Origin: Blastocatellia bacterium
GTDB taxonomy: Bacteria; Acidobacteriota; Blastocatellia; UBA7656
Length of the DNA: 64,000 nucleotides
Direction: 5' to 3'
Assembly: GCA_963765495.1 (NCBI GenBank)
Contig: CAVXWP010000008.1
Location: 832,001-896,000 of the forward strand
Below the pieces are notes generated by a model, which was not told the origin of the DNA, ran no database searches, and worked only from the letters and a program-made list of their open reading frames with translations. Below are positions 10,008 through 19,557 of the stretch, piece by piece; position 1 is the first letter of the stretch, and each line of letters starts with the position of its first letter. The position numbers and the translations under genes were made by a program.

Positions 10008-11117
10008 ATGAACACTGAGGCAAAATACCAGGTTTGCCCTTTATGCAAGACTCCTGCTTCGGTTGATAACCGCCTTGCTTCCACCCCTACCAGGTTGTGT
10101 GAAGAATGTAGGGCGCTTGTGTGCCGTATGCTCCCCGGAGCACATGTTCTGGCGGATTCGTCTACTCTCACTTTTTCGGATATCGAGCCTGCCGCAATCG
10201 GAATCACGGCCCACTCCGAAGATGTATCTGCCGATACGGACGAGCAACCACTTTTCCAGGAATACAATAATGAGGCCGAACCTGAGCCGATCTTTTACGC
10301 GAGCGAAGGGCCGCAAATAAGCCAGGATGAGACTGTCTCAAGCGATGTCTTCCGCACTCCGCCGGACGATCTTTCGCCGGTCGGGTACGGTCAGGGGGAG
10401 ACGGTCGAAAATTCTCCACTCCTCGACACTCAAACCGAGGCCGCCCGTTCCGACATGATTGTGACCGATCAAGCTCAAGGGGTTGACCCCTGGGAAGACC
10501 CGCTGCCTGCCTGGGATTATTCTCGCAATGAGTATCCGATCTTGTTAAACCCATCGTCGAAGTCAAAATCTGCCCGGGTCTGGATAGTAGGAGCGATCAT
10601 ATTGCTACTGGCTTTGATAGCCGTTGGCTATTCGCTGCTTTCCTACTCTGACAGCGGCGAAGAGACGACCCGGACGGCGGTCACACCCGATGATGCGAAA
10701 AATGCGCTGATCACTCACGCCGAAGTACAAAATACTCCTCAGCCCGAAGACACGGCTGCCGCTCATAAAGCGATGGCGACCCCGCCAGAGGGTGCTACTC
10801 AACCCGAAAACGCGAAAAATCCATCTGTAGAGACGGATCAAAAAGATATTTCTGCGAAGGGAAATTACTCTCTGCAGGCGATGTCCTCAAAGGATGAAAA
10901 AGAGGCAAACCAGCTTGCAGAGCGTTTGAAAACCGCTGGCGTTCCCGCCTACGTCACAAGCGCGGAGATCGGAACACGGGGAAGATGGTACAGGGTGCGT
11001 GTAGGTCGATTTGTCAGCCAGGAAGAAGCAAAACGGTTTGCCGCAGAGTATGAGACACGCGTAAAGTCCGGGAACGTAGGCGCCAAATTTATTATTTGTA
11101 ATTACGAGAAGCCTTAG
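10008..11117 (+). CDS. Bitopic SPOR-domain protein with N-terminal CxxC...CxxC motif (FtsN/DedD-like architecture)
   Basis: CPLC/CEEC, acidic linker, single TM, C-terminal YSLQ...A..L...L...G...WYRVRVGRF...EA SPOR signature. Confidence 0.85.
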   Translation: MNTEAKYQVCPLCKTPASVDNRLASTPTRLCEECRALVCRMLPGAHVLADSSTLTFSDIEPAAIGITAHSEDVSADTDEQPLFQEYNNEAEPEPIFYASEGPQISQDETVSSDVFRTPPDDLSPVGYGQGETVENSPLLDTQTEAARSDMIVTDQAQGVDPWEDPLPAWDYSRNEYPILLNPSSKSKSARVWIVGAIILLLALIAVGYSLLSYSDSGEETTRTAVTPDDAKNALITHAEVQNTPQPEDTAAAHKAMATPPEGATQPENAKNPSVETDQKDISAKGNYSLQAMSSKDEKEANQLAERLKTAGVPAYVTSAEIGTRGRWYRVRVGRFVSQEEAKRFAAEYETRVKSGNVGAKFIICNYEKP

Positions 11118-11143
11118 CCAGCGAGCATGAGGACTCTGAAGAG

Positions 11144-12481
11144 ATGTCCGAGTTCAAACCGCAGAACATCAGGTATGCAAAGCTCGTTGACCGGTATTCC
11201 AGATTTATAGAATCGCCGGTCCAGCGGCTGAAGTTTCTAAATAGCGCGTTGAAGGCAGAGCCGCCCTCCGGTTTGATGATGCGGATTCCACTGCTCGGGT
11301 CACTGCCTGAACGAATGAAGTTGATTGTCGAGCTATCGAGGGTTTTGCCGATAACCCAGCGAGCGCCACTCGCCTTTCGCCTGACTTCCCTGCTCTACAA
11401 AATCCGGTACGCGCTCTATGCTTTATGCGCGGTCTTTGCCATCTCAGCCTTCCTCGGACTGATTTACACGGGTTCAAGGCTTGTGAGCAGCCTTGCCAGC
11501 AGGACCGAGGCGCAGATAATACCGCCCGCAGAGTCGTCTCCCCTTGTCGGGCCGGATGGTGTGAAGGCGGTCGAGGCGATTGGGACAGAAGCGGGTATCA
11601 CTCTTGAAAAGGTCTGGCTTGCCGAATCGGGCGAGGGCTACGAGTTTTACAGCAACGGCGCTCGCGTGCTGACGGAGTTTGAAACCATCGGGCCTGAACG
11701 CAATTTCTACAGGTTCTCTTTACAGGCGCTCAATAAGGGGTCGGACGAAGCCGAAACGCTTTCAAAGCCTGTCGGGATACTCTATCACGTATCGGAAAGC
11801 GATCTGCTTCCGTTTGCCGATCATTACAACGCATCTTTGAAAACCAGATCACGCGCCCTGCTTGAATACGTGCGCGAAAACAGACTCTATAACTACCTCA
11901 TAGACAGGTTCGGAAGAACCTATCGCATCGTCGGAGACGAGTACACCGCCAACCACGCGGGCAATTCGGTCTGGAGCGACGGCGAGAGCGTTTATGTAAA
12001 CCTCAGCCCCAGCTTTATAGGAGTCTGTTTTGAAGGCCAGTCGAAAGCGGGCGAAGCACTGGGGGCCGACGGCATAAACGAAGCGCAGATATATGCGGCG
12101 CGGGTGCTGACGGCGGTCCTGCGCTCGCGGTACGCGATAGAAGATACAAACTGTGTGACTCACGGACTGGTCTCGGTAAATCCATCGAATAATTTGATGG
12201 GTTATCACACGGACTGGGTTTCGAATTTCCCATTCGAAGCTCTGGGCCTAAAAGACAAATACAAGTCTGAGCTTATAGCCATTTCTCATCTGGGGTTTGC
12301 TTACGATCAGGCATACATTCAGGCAGCAGGTGGGAAGAAATGGGAAGGATTGGATCAAGCAGATGCAAGACTTGAAGCCGCAGCGAAAGGCGAGGGCAAG
12401 ACGGTCGAACAGGAGCGTCGCGCTCAACAACAGATCTATCAACTCGTTTATAATAAAGAACGCGGGCTTGAAAGTAAGTGA
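11144..12481 (+). CDS. Membrane-anchored N-acetylmuramoyl-L-alanine amidase (Amidase_2 family)
   Basis: TM near aa 90-110; ILYH, YNYLIDRFG, ANHAG, IGVCFEG, Q..A...L, VTHG. Confidence 0.75.
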   Translation: MSEFKPQNIRYAKLVDRYSRFIESPVQRLKFLNSALKAEPPSGLMMRIPLLGSLPERMKLIVELSRVLPITQRAPLAFRLTSLLYKIRYALYALCAVFAISAFLGLIYTGSRLVSSLASRTEAQIIPPAESSPLVGPDGVKAVEAIGTEAGITLEKVWLAESGEGYEFYSNGARVLTEFETIGPERNFYRFSLQALNKGSDEAETLSKPVGILYHVSESDLLPFADHYNASLKTRSRALLEYVRENRLYNYLIDRFGRTYRIVGDEYTANHAGNSVWSDGESVYVNLSPSFIGVCFEGQSKAGEALGADGINEAQIYAARVLTAVLRSRYAIEDTNCVTHGLVSVNPSNNLMGYHTDWVSNFPFEALGLKDKYKSELIAISHLGFAYDQAYIQAAGGKKWEGLDQADARLEAAAKGEGKTVEQERRAQQQIYQLVYNKERGLESK

Positions 12482-12572
12482 TATGTGGTAAGTGATGCGT
12501 AATATAGAGGGCTTGCAGGTAGACTTTAACAGGCGGCCATCACGGATCACACATCACAAATCACGAATCACG
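12478..12572. repeat. Inverted heptamer arrays (GTGAT../..ATCAC)
   Basis: gtgatatgtg...gtgatgcgtaat ... atcacggatcacacatcacaaatcacgaatcac. Confidence 0.7.
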
Positions 12573-12579
12573 GTTTGTT

Positions 12580-13941
12580 ATGAACAAGAGGGATTTAATC
12601 AACGAGGCCGCAAGACGCACAGGACTATCGCGCCGGGCGGCTTCGCGCGGCGTACACTCAACGCTTGAGACGATCAAGAATGAGTTAAGTGCTGACAACG
12701 TCATCAATATACGCGGGCTGGGCCGCCTGTCCTTAAAACCGAAAAAGCAGGGCTTCTTGCCCGCCGCAGCAGCTGGGCTTCCCCCGAAACCGATTCCGGC
12801 AGGCAAGGCTGTTAGATTGAAGGCAACTCGACACATAGTTGCGAGCCTGAACACCGAGCCCCTCAAGCTCGAATTGAACGAGAGAAATTTTGGAGGAGAA
12901 ATGAACAAGAAAGAAGAGAAAGAAAACGCAAATGATGAGGCCGCGAAGAGTGAAGGCTCGGCCCTGGGTCTCGATGTAGGAACCAGCCGCCTGGTGCTGG
13001 CAAACGGTCAGGCAGACAAGATCAATACCCGTACCGAGCTGAACGCGTTTATCACGGTTCCCTACTCGAAGTTTACCGAAAACATACTCAAACAAAACAA
13101 GGTCACCTATCAACTCAACGGCAATCAGCGCCTGCAAATTTACGGTAACGAAGCCGAACGCTTCGCAAGCTTCTTCAACTCGGAAGTCCACCGCCCGATG
13201 CTCAACGGCACGATAAACCCCAAAGAGGAGTATTCACTCTCCGTCATGCAGGCCATCGTTCAACAACTGCTGAAGAAGAGCAAAAACGACGACAATCTGG
13301 TCTTCAGCGTGCCCGGCCCGCTGCGCGAATCGGGTTCGACCGATCTGGTCTATCACGAGGCCATGCTCAAAGATCTATTTCAGGGCATGGGCTATAATGC
13401 CAGAGCGATCAACGAAGGACTGGCCGTCGTTTTTGCCGAGCTTGAACAAGAGAATTTCAGCGGCATTGGCGTTAGCTGCGGCGGCGGCATGTGCAATGTC
13501 TGTCTGGCTTTCATGTCCATACCCGTGACGACATACTCCATAGCCAAAGCGGGCGACTACATAGATCAGAGCGTGGCATCTGTGACGGGTGAGGTGGCCA
13601 CTCGAATCCGCGTCATCAAGGAAGAGAGTCTCGATCTTTCGCGCCAGCCCAGGGACAAATACGAGGGGGCGCTGCACGTCTACTATGACAATGTGATCGT
13701 TTCGCTTGTTGAATCGCTCAGAAACTCGCTTGCAGAGACAAAGAATCTGCCTCGAATCGAGAAGGCTATTCCCATAGTTCTAAGTGGCGGAACGGCAAAG
13801 CCCAAAGGCTTTCTCGATAAGTTCCGCCAGACGCTTGAACGCGACGGATTCCCTCTCGCGATTTCAGAGGTTCGTATGGCCGAAGAGCCTTTGACCGCGA
13901 CTGCCCGTGGGTGCCTTCTCGCGGCGATGTATGACGCTTAG
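12580..13941 (+). CDS. HU/IHF-like domain fused in frame to an actin-fold ATPase (volactin-like); strong internal start at 12901
   Basis: MNKRDLI...GLS...INIRGLGRL HU pattern for aa 1-91; GLDVGT (phosphate 1), SCGGG (phosphate 2), LSGGTA (adenosine), EPLTATARG; GGAGGAG before ATG 12901. Confidence 0.8.
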   Translation: MNKRDLINEAARRTGLSRRAASRGVHSTLETIKNELSADNVINIRGLGRLSLKPKKQGFLPAAAAGLPPKPIPAGKAVRLKATRHIVASLNTEPLKLELNERNFGGEMNKKEEKENANDEAAKSEGSALGLDVGTSRLVLANGQADKINTRTELNAFITVPYSKFTENILKQNKVTYQLNGNQRLQIYGNEAERFASFFNSEVHRPMLNGTINPKEEYSLSVMQAIVQQLLKKSKNDDNLVFSVPGPLRESGSTDLVYHEAMLKDLFQGMGYNARAINEGLAVVFAELEQENFSGIGVSCGGGMCNVCLAFMSIPVTTYSIAKAGDYIDQSVASVTGEVATRIRVIKEESLDLSRQPRDKYEGALHVYYDNVIVSLVESLRNSLAETKNLPRIEKAIPIVLSGGTAKPKGFLDKFRQTLERDGFPLAISEVRMAEEPLTATARGCLLAAMYDA

Positions 13942-14082
13942 CGCCGGACTCGAAAGATAACCGACGGTCGCCAGTCTCTATAACAGGTTCTCGCAACGAA
14001 TTTGTAATCATGCTGGCGAACCCTTCCCTGGCCTCGAATCATCCTACAGGGCGAGGTCATAAAAAGTGTTCTCCTTTTGTTG

Positions 14083-14116
14083 AAAGCCTCGATTTTTCGG
14101 GGCTTTTTTATTTTTT
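14083..14116 (+). terminator. Intrinsic terminator downstream of the actin-like gene
   Basis: aaagcctcga-ttt-tcggggcttt followed by a long T tract. Confidence 0.7.
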
Positions 14117-14180
14117 GAGCCTTGTGGTGCGGAGAGCTTGCGAGTTTGGAGTTTACGATCAGAAGAGGAAGGAATTTGTT

Positions 14181-14486
14181 TTGAGCATTATAGACCGCAG
14201 ACGTTTCAGGCGAATTGCCTTGCTTAGGCCTGTCACTTACCTGAACGTCACAAACCCGGAACCGGCGAGTCGGCTACTCGATATTAGCCCGGGCGGAGCT
14301 TACATCGAATATCCCGTGGCGAACGAGGGCAGCGTAGTTGAAATGGAGTTCGCTCTGACCCCCGGACATAGAATTAAAGTAACGGCCCTGATTCGTTATG
14401 TTGTCCCCGACAAAGGTATGGGGGTCGAGTTTATAAGCATCGACGACAGAGACATGAATTTGATTGCAGAACTCGTAGGAGCCTGA
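14181..14486 (+). CDS. Stand-alone PilZ-domain protein
   Basis: DRRRFRR and DISPGG motifs, GMGVEF; TTG start after purine-rich gaggaagg. Confidence 0.82.
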   Translation: MSIIDRRRFRRIALLRPVTYLNVTNPEPASRLLDISPGGAYIEYPVANEGSVVEMEFALTPGHRIKVTALIRYVVPDKGMGVEFISIDDRDMNLIAELVGA

Positions 14487-14603
14487 CGAGACGAACTGGC
14501 CCTGTTGGCCCGGAGGGCTGCGCTTTGAATAGAAGCGCGTTAGATGATAGAATGAGAGGGCAACAACAACAAGCAAATACACTATTAACCTGGGAGTAAT
14601 GAT

Positions 14604-15329
14604 ATGAAAGTATGTCCAGAGTGTAACGAATCTTTTGCAGACGACTTCAAGTTTTGCGATCTGGATGGCGCGCGGCTGAACCGCGACGGCGTCTCTTCCA
14701 TTCGCGACCCGAATAAATTATGGTCAATGCTTGGAGTAGGATTGCTGCTTGGAGCGCTCGTCATTTCGGCTATAACCATATTCTCACTACCCAGAGCAGA
14801 AATTTCCCCGGCAACGTCATCTACGCCGCCAGCGCCGATTTCGAATCCAAACGCGAGCGCAAGCGCCGAGCCCTCTTCCACGGAACAGGCTGTCGATTCA
14901 AACACCGATTCTCAGATGCTCGCCGAAGATACGACTTTGGTCGAGCCTAAGAAAGAAAAGGTCGTACCCAATACTATAGACGAGAATGCCAACACCGCCT
15001 CGAAGTCTCCGAAAGCCGCCGCAATGGAAGAGGAAGAGAAAGAGAAGGCCCTCGACCCGAGCAATGATCCGGCCCTTGTTCCTCCCGTGCCGAAAAAACC
15101 TCAACCATCCACCGATGTGAAGACCGTGAGCGATACGCGAGATTCCGATGCGAAGTCGGGTGATCCGACAGCCGATGCCAAGAAGGACGACAGACGCGAA
15201 TCAGCCAGGATGAAGGCCGACGCAAAAGATGCGGCCAGCAAGAAAAAAGATGATGACAAGAAAGACAAGAAGAAGAAAGGCGGGTTCCTTCGCGTCTTCA
15301 AGAAAATCTTCGGCAAAGATGATAATTAA
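14604..15329 (+). CDS. Zinc-ribbon-like single-pass membrane protein with long low-complexity charged tail
   Basis: MKVCPEC...KFCDLDG, TM helix, Pro/Ser/Asp/Lys-rich region, amphipathic end GGFLRVFKKIFG. Confidence 0.75.
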   Translation: MKVCPECNESFADDFKFCDLDGARLNRDGVSSIRDPNKLWSMLGVGLLLGALVISAITIFSLPRAEISPATSSTPPAPISNPNASASAEPSSTEQAVDSNTDSQMLAEDTTLVEPKKEKVVPNTIDENANTASKSPKAAAMEEEEKEKALDPSNDPALVPPVPKKPQPSTDVKTVSDTRDSDAKSGDPTADAKKDDRRESARMKADAKDAASKKKDDDKKDKKKKGGFLRVFKKIFGKDDN

Positions 15330-15361
15330 AACAAGAACTCAGACAAAATTTCCAGACACGC

Positions 15362-15389
15362 AAAAGCCTCTCGGTGAGAGGCTTTTTTG
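15362..15389 (+). terminator. Intrinsic terminator
   Basis: aaaagcctctc-ggt-gagaggctttttt. Confidence 0.85.
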
Positions 15390-15552
15390 ATTGCCGAAAT
15401 CTGACTCCAGACCGGGAATTGCCTCTATCCTCACGCCCTGCTTCTTTGCGACTGTCATTCGGGTTTACAGATGGCTTCGGTAAAGTTATAACCATGTAGG
15501 CGAGTAAAGATTCGCCCGGTCTTTTCCCTTTTCAATTTAGAGGTAATTATTT

Positions 15553-17022
15553 ATGCAGATGCCACGCACTATCGGCGAGTTGAGAAGCAGCGAATTCAGT
15601 CCCGCGCGGCTTTCAAAACGCTCGATCAAAGACGAGATGCGCGAAAATCTCATAGCCAGACTCCGGCTGGGCGAAAAGATATTTCCCGGCATCGTCGGTT
15701 ATGACGATACGGTCACACCTCAGATTATAAACGCCCTGCTGTCGCGTCATAACTTTATCCTGCTCGGGCTTCGCGGTCAGGCCAAGAGCCGCATACTGCG
15801 CGAGCTTGTGAATCTGCTTGATGAAGCGATTCCCGTGATCGAAGGATGCGAGATAAACGATAACCCTTATGCGCCTATCTGCAAAGCGTGCCGGTTAAAG
15901 CTCGAATCCACAGGCGATGATACGCCCGTCACGTTTATCCCACGCCAGATGAGGTATGTCGAGAAGCTCGCTACCCCGGATGTGACCATCGCCGATTTGA
16001 TAGGCGATCTCGATCCTATCAAGGCGGCGCGGGGAGGACATCTGCTTTCCGATGAATTGACTATTCATTACGGGTTGCTACCGCGAGCCAATCGCGGCAT
16101 TTTCGCTATCAACGAGCTGCCTGACCTTGCCGGTAAAGTTCAGGTAGGGCTTTTCAACATCATGCAGGAAGGCGATGTTCAGATAAAAGGCTACCCCATA
16201 AGGATGCCGCTCGATCTGGTGCTTGTATTTTCGGCCAACCCGGAAGACTACACCGCTCGCGGCAAGATCATCACTCCGCTCAAGGATCGAATCGGCTCTG
16301 AGATCAGCACCCATTATCCGGCGACTGTTGAAGAAGGAATCGAGATAACTCGTCAGGAGGCGTGGCTTGGGCGCGACACCGAAAAGATAAACCTGCCCGA
16401 GTTTATAATGCGTGTTGTCGAGCAGATCGCCTTTGAAGCGCGCTCGGATCAGCGGGTGGACAAGCGGTCCGGCGTGAGTCAGAGGCTCCCAATTTCGGTG
16501 TTAGAAAACGTGGTTTCAAATGCCGAGCGAAGAAGACTCATCACCGAAGAACCCGCGATAGTGCCTCGCATCAGCGACATATATGCCGCGTTGCCCTCGA
16601 TTACGGGAAAGCTCGAACTCGAATATGAAGGCGAGCAACACGGCGCAACGGCGGTCGCCCGCGAATTGATAAAGACCGCCGTTGGAAAGACGTTTGAAGA
16701 TTATTTTGATCATATAGATTGCTCGAAGGTTATCACGTGGTTCAACGACGGCGGGACGCTCCAGGTGAGCGATCTGGACAGTTCCGACCTTTGCTTAAAA
16801 TCCTTTCGCCGCGTCGATGGATTGCTGAGCGCGGCGGCCCAATCCGGTCTTTCCGACAAATCCCAGCCTGCGCTTATGGTCTCTGTCTGCGAGATGATCC
16901 TTGAAGGTCTACACGCGCAAAAAAAGATCAGCCGCAGCGAGGAGCGCGGCTACGCGGCGGCAAGGCAGGAGACTCGCAGCCGCACATACGACAGCTTTAA
17001 TCGCTCGCGAAGAATAAATTGA
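15553..17022 (+). CDS. Mg-chelatase/MoxR-related AAA+ ATPase
   Basis: Variant Walker A GLRGQAKS, Walker B IFAINE, ANPEDYT, PLKDRIG; paired with downstream VWA gene. Confidence 0.85.
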   Translation: MQMPRTIGELRSSEFSPARLSKRSIKDEMRENLIARLRLGEKIFPGIVGYDDTVTPQIINALLSRHNFILLGLRGQAKSRILRELVNLLDEAIPVIEGCEINDNPYAPICKACRLKLESTGDDTPVTFIPRQMRYVEKLATPDVTIADLIGDLDPIKAARGGHLLSDELTIHYGLLPRANRGIFAINELPDLAGKVQVGLFNIMQEGDVQIKGYPIRMPLDLVLVFSANPEDYTARGKIITPLKDRIGSEISTHYPATVEEGIEITRQEAWLGRDTEKINLPEFIMRVVEQIAFEARSDQRVDKRSGVSQRLPISVLENVVSNAERRRLITEEPAIVPRISDIYAALPSITGKLELEYEGEQHGATAVARELIKTAVGKTFEDYFDHIDCSKVITWFNDGGTLQVSDLDSSDLCLKSFRRVDGLLSAAAQSGLSDKSQPALMVSVCEMILEGLHAQKKISRSEERGYAAARQETRSRTYDSFNRSRRIN

Positions 17023-17053
17023 ACCTATACCTGAAAAGAAAGGAAGCACCAGA

Positions 17054-17461
17054 ATGCCGATAGCCTGGCACGCACCATATGAGATGCTGAAACCCGAAAC
17101 CCGTGACATGTCACGGGCTATCCACTCGCTCATGGAAGAGCTTGAGGCGATGGATTGGTACTCTCAGCGAATGGATGTGACCGATGACGATGAATTACGC
17201 CGTCTCCTCGGTCATAACGCCAAGGAAGAGAAAGAGCACGCCGCTATGCTGCTTGAATGGATTCGACGCCGTGACCCTCAATGGGACGTGTATCTGCGAA
17301 CCTATCTATTCTCTTCGGGCGACCTGTTGACTGTAGAAGAACGAGCAACAGACGGAGGTGATTCGCCCTCACCCCAACAATCTGAGCCGCCCTCTTCAAG
17401 CCCGGTTCCCGAATCGGCGAGACACGCATTCACGGTCGGCAGTCTGCGATCAAGAAAATGA
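17054..17461 (+). CDS. Encapsulin-associated ferritin-like protein (EncFtn) with C-terminal cargo-loading peptide
   Basis: RAIHSLMEELEAMDWYSQR...HNAKEEKEHAAMLLEWIRRRDP ferroxidase pattern; Pro/Ser linker; FTVGSLR terminus. Confidence 0.9.
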   Translation: MPIAWHAPYEMLKPETRDMSRAIHSLMEELEAMDWYSQRMDVTDDDELRRLLGHNAKEEKEHAAMLLEWIRRRDPQWDVYLRTYLFSSGDLLTVEERATDGGDSPSPQQSEPPSSSPVPESARHAFTVGSLRSRK

Positions 17462-17575
17462 TGAGTGATTCGTGATTCGTGATTCGTGACTTTGAGTCAG
17501 GTCGCCTGTTGATGAAATTCGGCAAGCCTGCCGGATCACGAATCACGCATTACGCATCACTCCCGCATCACGGAT
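17458..17575. repeat. Inverted heptamer arrays (GTGATTC/GAATCAC)
   Basis: gtgattcgtgattcgtgattcgtgac ... atcacgaatcacgcattacgcatcac. Confidence 0.8.
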
Positions 17576-17598
17576 CTCGCTTCAAATAGTGAATCATC

Positions 17599-18855
17599 AT
17601 GGCTTATACGAAGTATTCAAAATGGGAAGGCATAGACTGGGAATCGTTCCGTCTCGAAGACCTGCTTGAACGGCTCGCAGATTTTCTTCTTCAGAGCGGA
17701 TATGAGGACTACTATTCTCGTTATTGGAACGACCGCGAGAATTCGCTTGAATCGCTGCGCGAACAGATTATGCGGGCGCTCCTGGAAGGGGGCCTGCTGT
17801 CGGAAGAGGAGATCGCGCAGATGAGCGATGCGGACGGGCGGTTGAATGCCAAACGTATGCAAGAGCTTGTGGATCGTTTGATCGAACGGCTCATCGAAGA
17901 AGGCTATCTCACATTGAGCGAAGAATCGCAACCTCAGAAAACAGGCCCGACCTCCGAGGGCGGGCAGGTAGGCCGTGGCGCCGAGTCAAGCATCAAGTTC
18001 GAGCTTACCGATAAAGGGCTTGATTTTCTCGGCTACAAGACTCTAAAGGAATTGATAGCCTCGCTCGGCAAATCTTCATTTGGTCGTCACGATACCAACT
18101 ATCTTTCAACCGGAATTGAAGCGAATGAGGTCTCGCGCCGGTACGAGTTTGGCGACACGCTGAACCTCGACGTGAATGCCACATTGAAATCGGCTATTCA
18201 ACGCGAGGGTCTGGGTGTCCCGCTTAATCTTGAATACTCCGATTTGATGGTACATCAGACAGAGTATCAAAGCTCCTGCGCCACCGTTCTGATGCTCGAT
18301 TGCTCGCATTCGATGATCCTCTATGGAGAAGACCGCTTTACGCCTGCAAAGCGCGTCTCGCTCGCTCTGACACATTTGATCAGGACTCAGTTTCCCGGCG
18401 ATTCACTTCGCGTAGTCCTTTTTCACGATTCAGCCGAAGAGATACCTCTTTCTACGCTTGCGCGCGCTCAGGTAGGCCCTTATCACACGAACACGCGTGA
18501 GGGACTTAGACTGGCTCGCCGCATCCTTATGTCGCAACGTAAAGACATGCGACAGATCATCATGATAACCGACGGGAAACCTTCGGCCCTCACCCTTGAA
18601 GACGGACATATCTACAAGAACTCAATGGGGCTGGACCCGCAAATCCTGCAAGAGACATTCAAAGAAGTAGCCTTGTGCCGCCGCAGCGGGATTATGATAA
18701 ATACCTTCATGCTGGCCGATGATTACTATCTGGTTGATTTTGTAAGGAAAGTCACTGAAATCTGTCGAGGCAAGGCTTATTTCACGACCACTCTCACGCT
18801 TGGCCAGTACATTTTGATGGACTACGTTCGAAGACGCACAAGAGAGATACACTGA
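17599..18855 (+). CDS. VWA-domain protein, partner of the AAA+ ATPase
   Basis: [22 protein letters not shown]. Confidence 0.88.
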   Translation: MAYTKYSKWEGIDWESFRLEDLLERLADFLLQSGYEDYYSRYWNDRENSLESLREQIMRALLEGGLLSEEEIAQMSDADGRLNAKRMQELVDRLIERLIEEGYLTLSEESQPQKTGPTSEGGQVGRGAESSIKFELTDKGLDFLGYKTLKELIASLGKSSFGRHDTNYLSTGIEANEVSRRYEFGDTLNLDVNATLKSAIQREGLGVPLNLEYSDLMVHQTEYQSSCATVLMLDCSHSMILYGEDRFTPAKRVSLALTHLIRTQFPGDSLRVVLFHDSAEEIPLSTLARAQVGPYHTNTREGLRLARRILMSQRKDMRQIIMITDGKPSALTLEDGHIYKNSMGLDPQILQETFKEVALCRRSGIMINTFMLADDYYLVDFVRKVTEICRGKAYFTTTLTLGQYILMDYVRRRTREIH

Positions 18856-18958
18856 CTCCGGTGACCTGTTTCCCTCCGCTTTATTGAATCTCAAATTGAA
18901 AATTTCTCTCGAAATCGGCTGAATACCGCCAATATTTGCAAAAATGGCCTCCTCTTGC

Positions 18959-18974
18959 TGGCACACAGATTGCG
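18959..18974 (+). promoter_or_regulatory. Sigma54 (-24/-12) promoter candidate
   Basis: TGGCAC-ACAGA-TTGC about 100 nt upstream of the receiver gene. Confidence 0.65.
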
Positions 18975-19071
18975 TTTAATATCTCATGCTTGAATGGGCG
19001 AGATGATGCAAGGAGGGGCAGAATTACAGCGTTTTGCGGGGTTCGATTCTGTCTGCAAGCGGTAGAGTACC

Positions 19072-19485
19072 ATGTTGAGGAAACTGCTCATAGTTGAAGA
19101 TAATGACGATGCCAGAGAGATGCTGGCTACGCTATTGAGCATGGAAGGTTATGATGTCATTACCGCCGAAGATGGTCGTGAGGGACTTGACCGCGCAGTT
19201 GTCGAACAACCAGACCTGATCGTTACCGACATAAATATGCCTGAGATGAACGGCGTAGAGATGATAAAGGAATTGCGCTCGCATGAGAGTTTTAACTGTG
19301 TCCCGATTGTCGTAATGACTGCCTACAGCGAGCGCGTCGCAGGAATGGCTATAGAAGCGGGCGCTGATAAAGCGATGTTCAAACCTTTTGACTTCGACAC
19401 TCTTGTCGGGGACCTGATGAATGTTTGTAATTCTTACCGGTGCAGGGATTCGAGCAGATCAAACCACGCACACTCGGTCGGGTGA
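19072..19485 (+). CDS. Single-domain response regulator (CheY-like receiver)
   Basis: LIVEDN, PDLIVTDINMPEMNG, MTA, KPF. Confidence 0.92.
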   Translation: MLRKLLIVEDNDDAREMLATLLSMEGYDVITAEDGREGLDRAVVEQPDLIVTDINMPEMNGVEMIKELRSHESFNCVPIVVMTAYSERVAGMAIEAGADKAMFKPFDFDTLVGDLMNVCNSYRCRDSSRSNHAHSVG

Positions 19486-19557
19486 CTAATCTTTAACTTT
19501 GACTCCCACCTCCTCCACCATTCAGTCAAGGAAATGTATAAGACTCGTTAAAACCAC

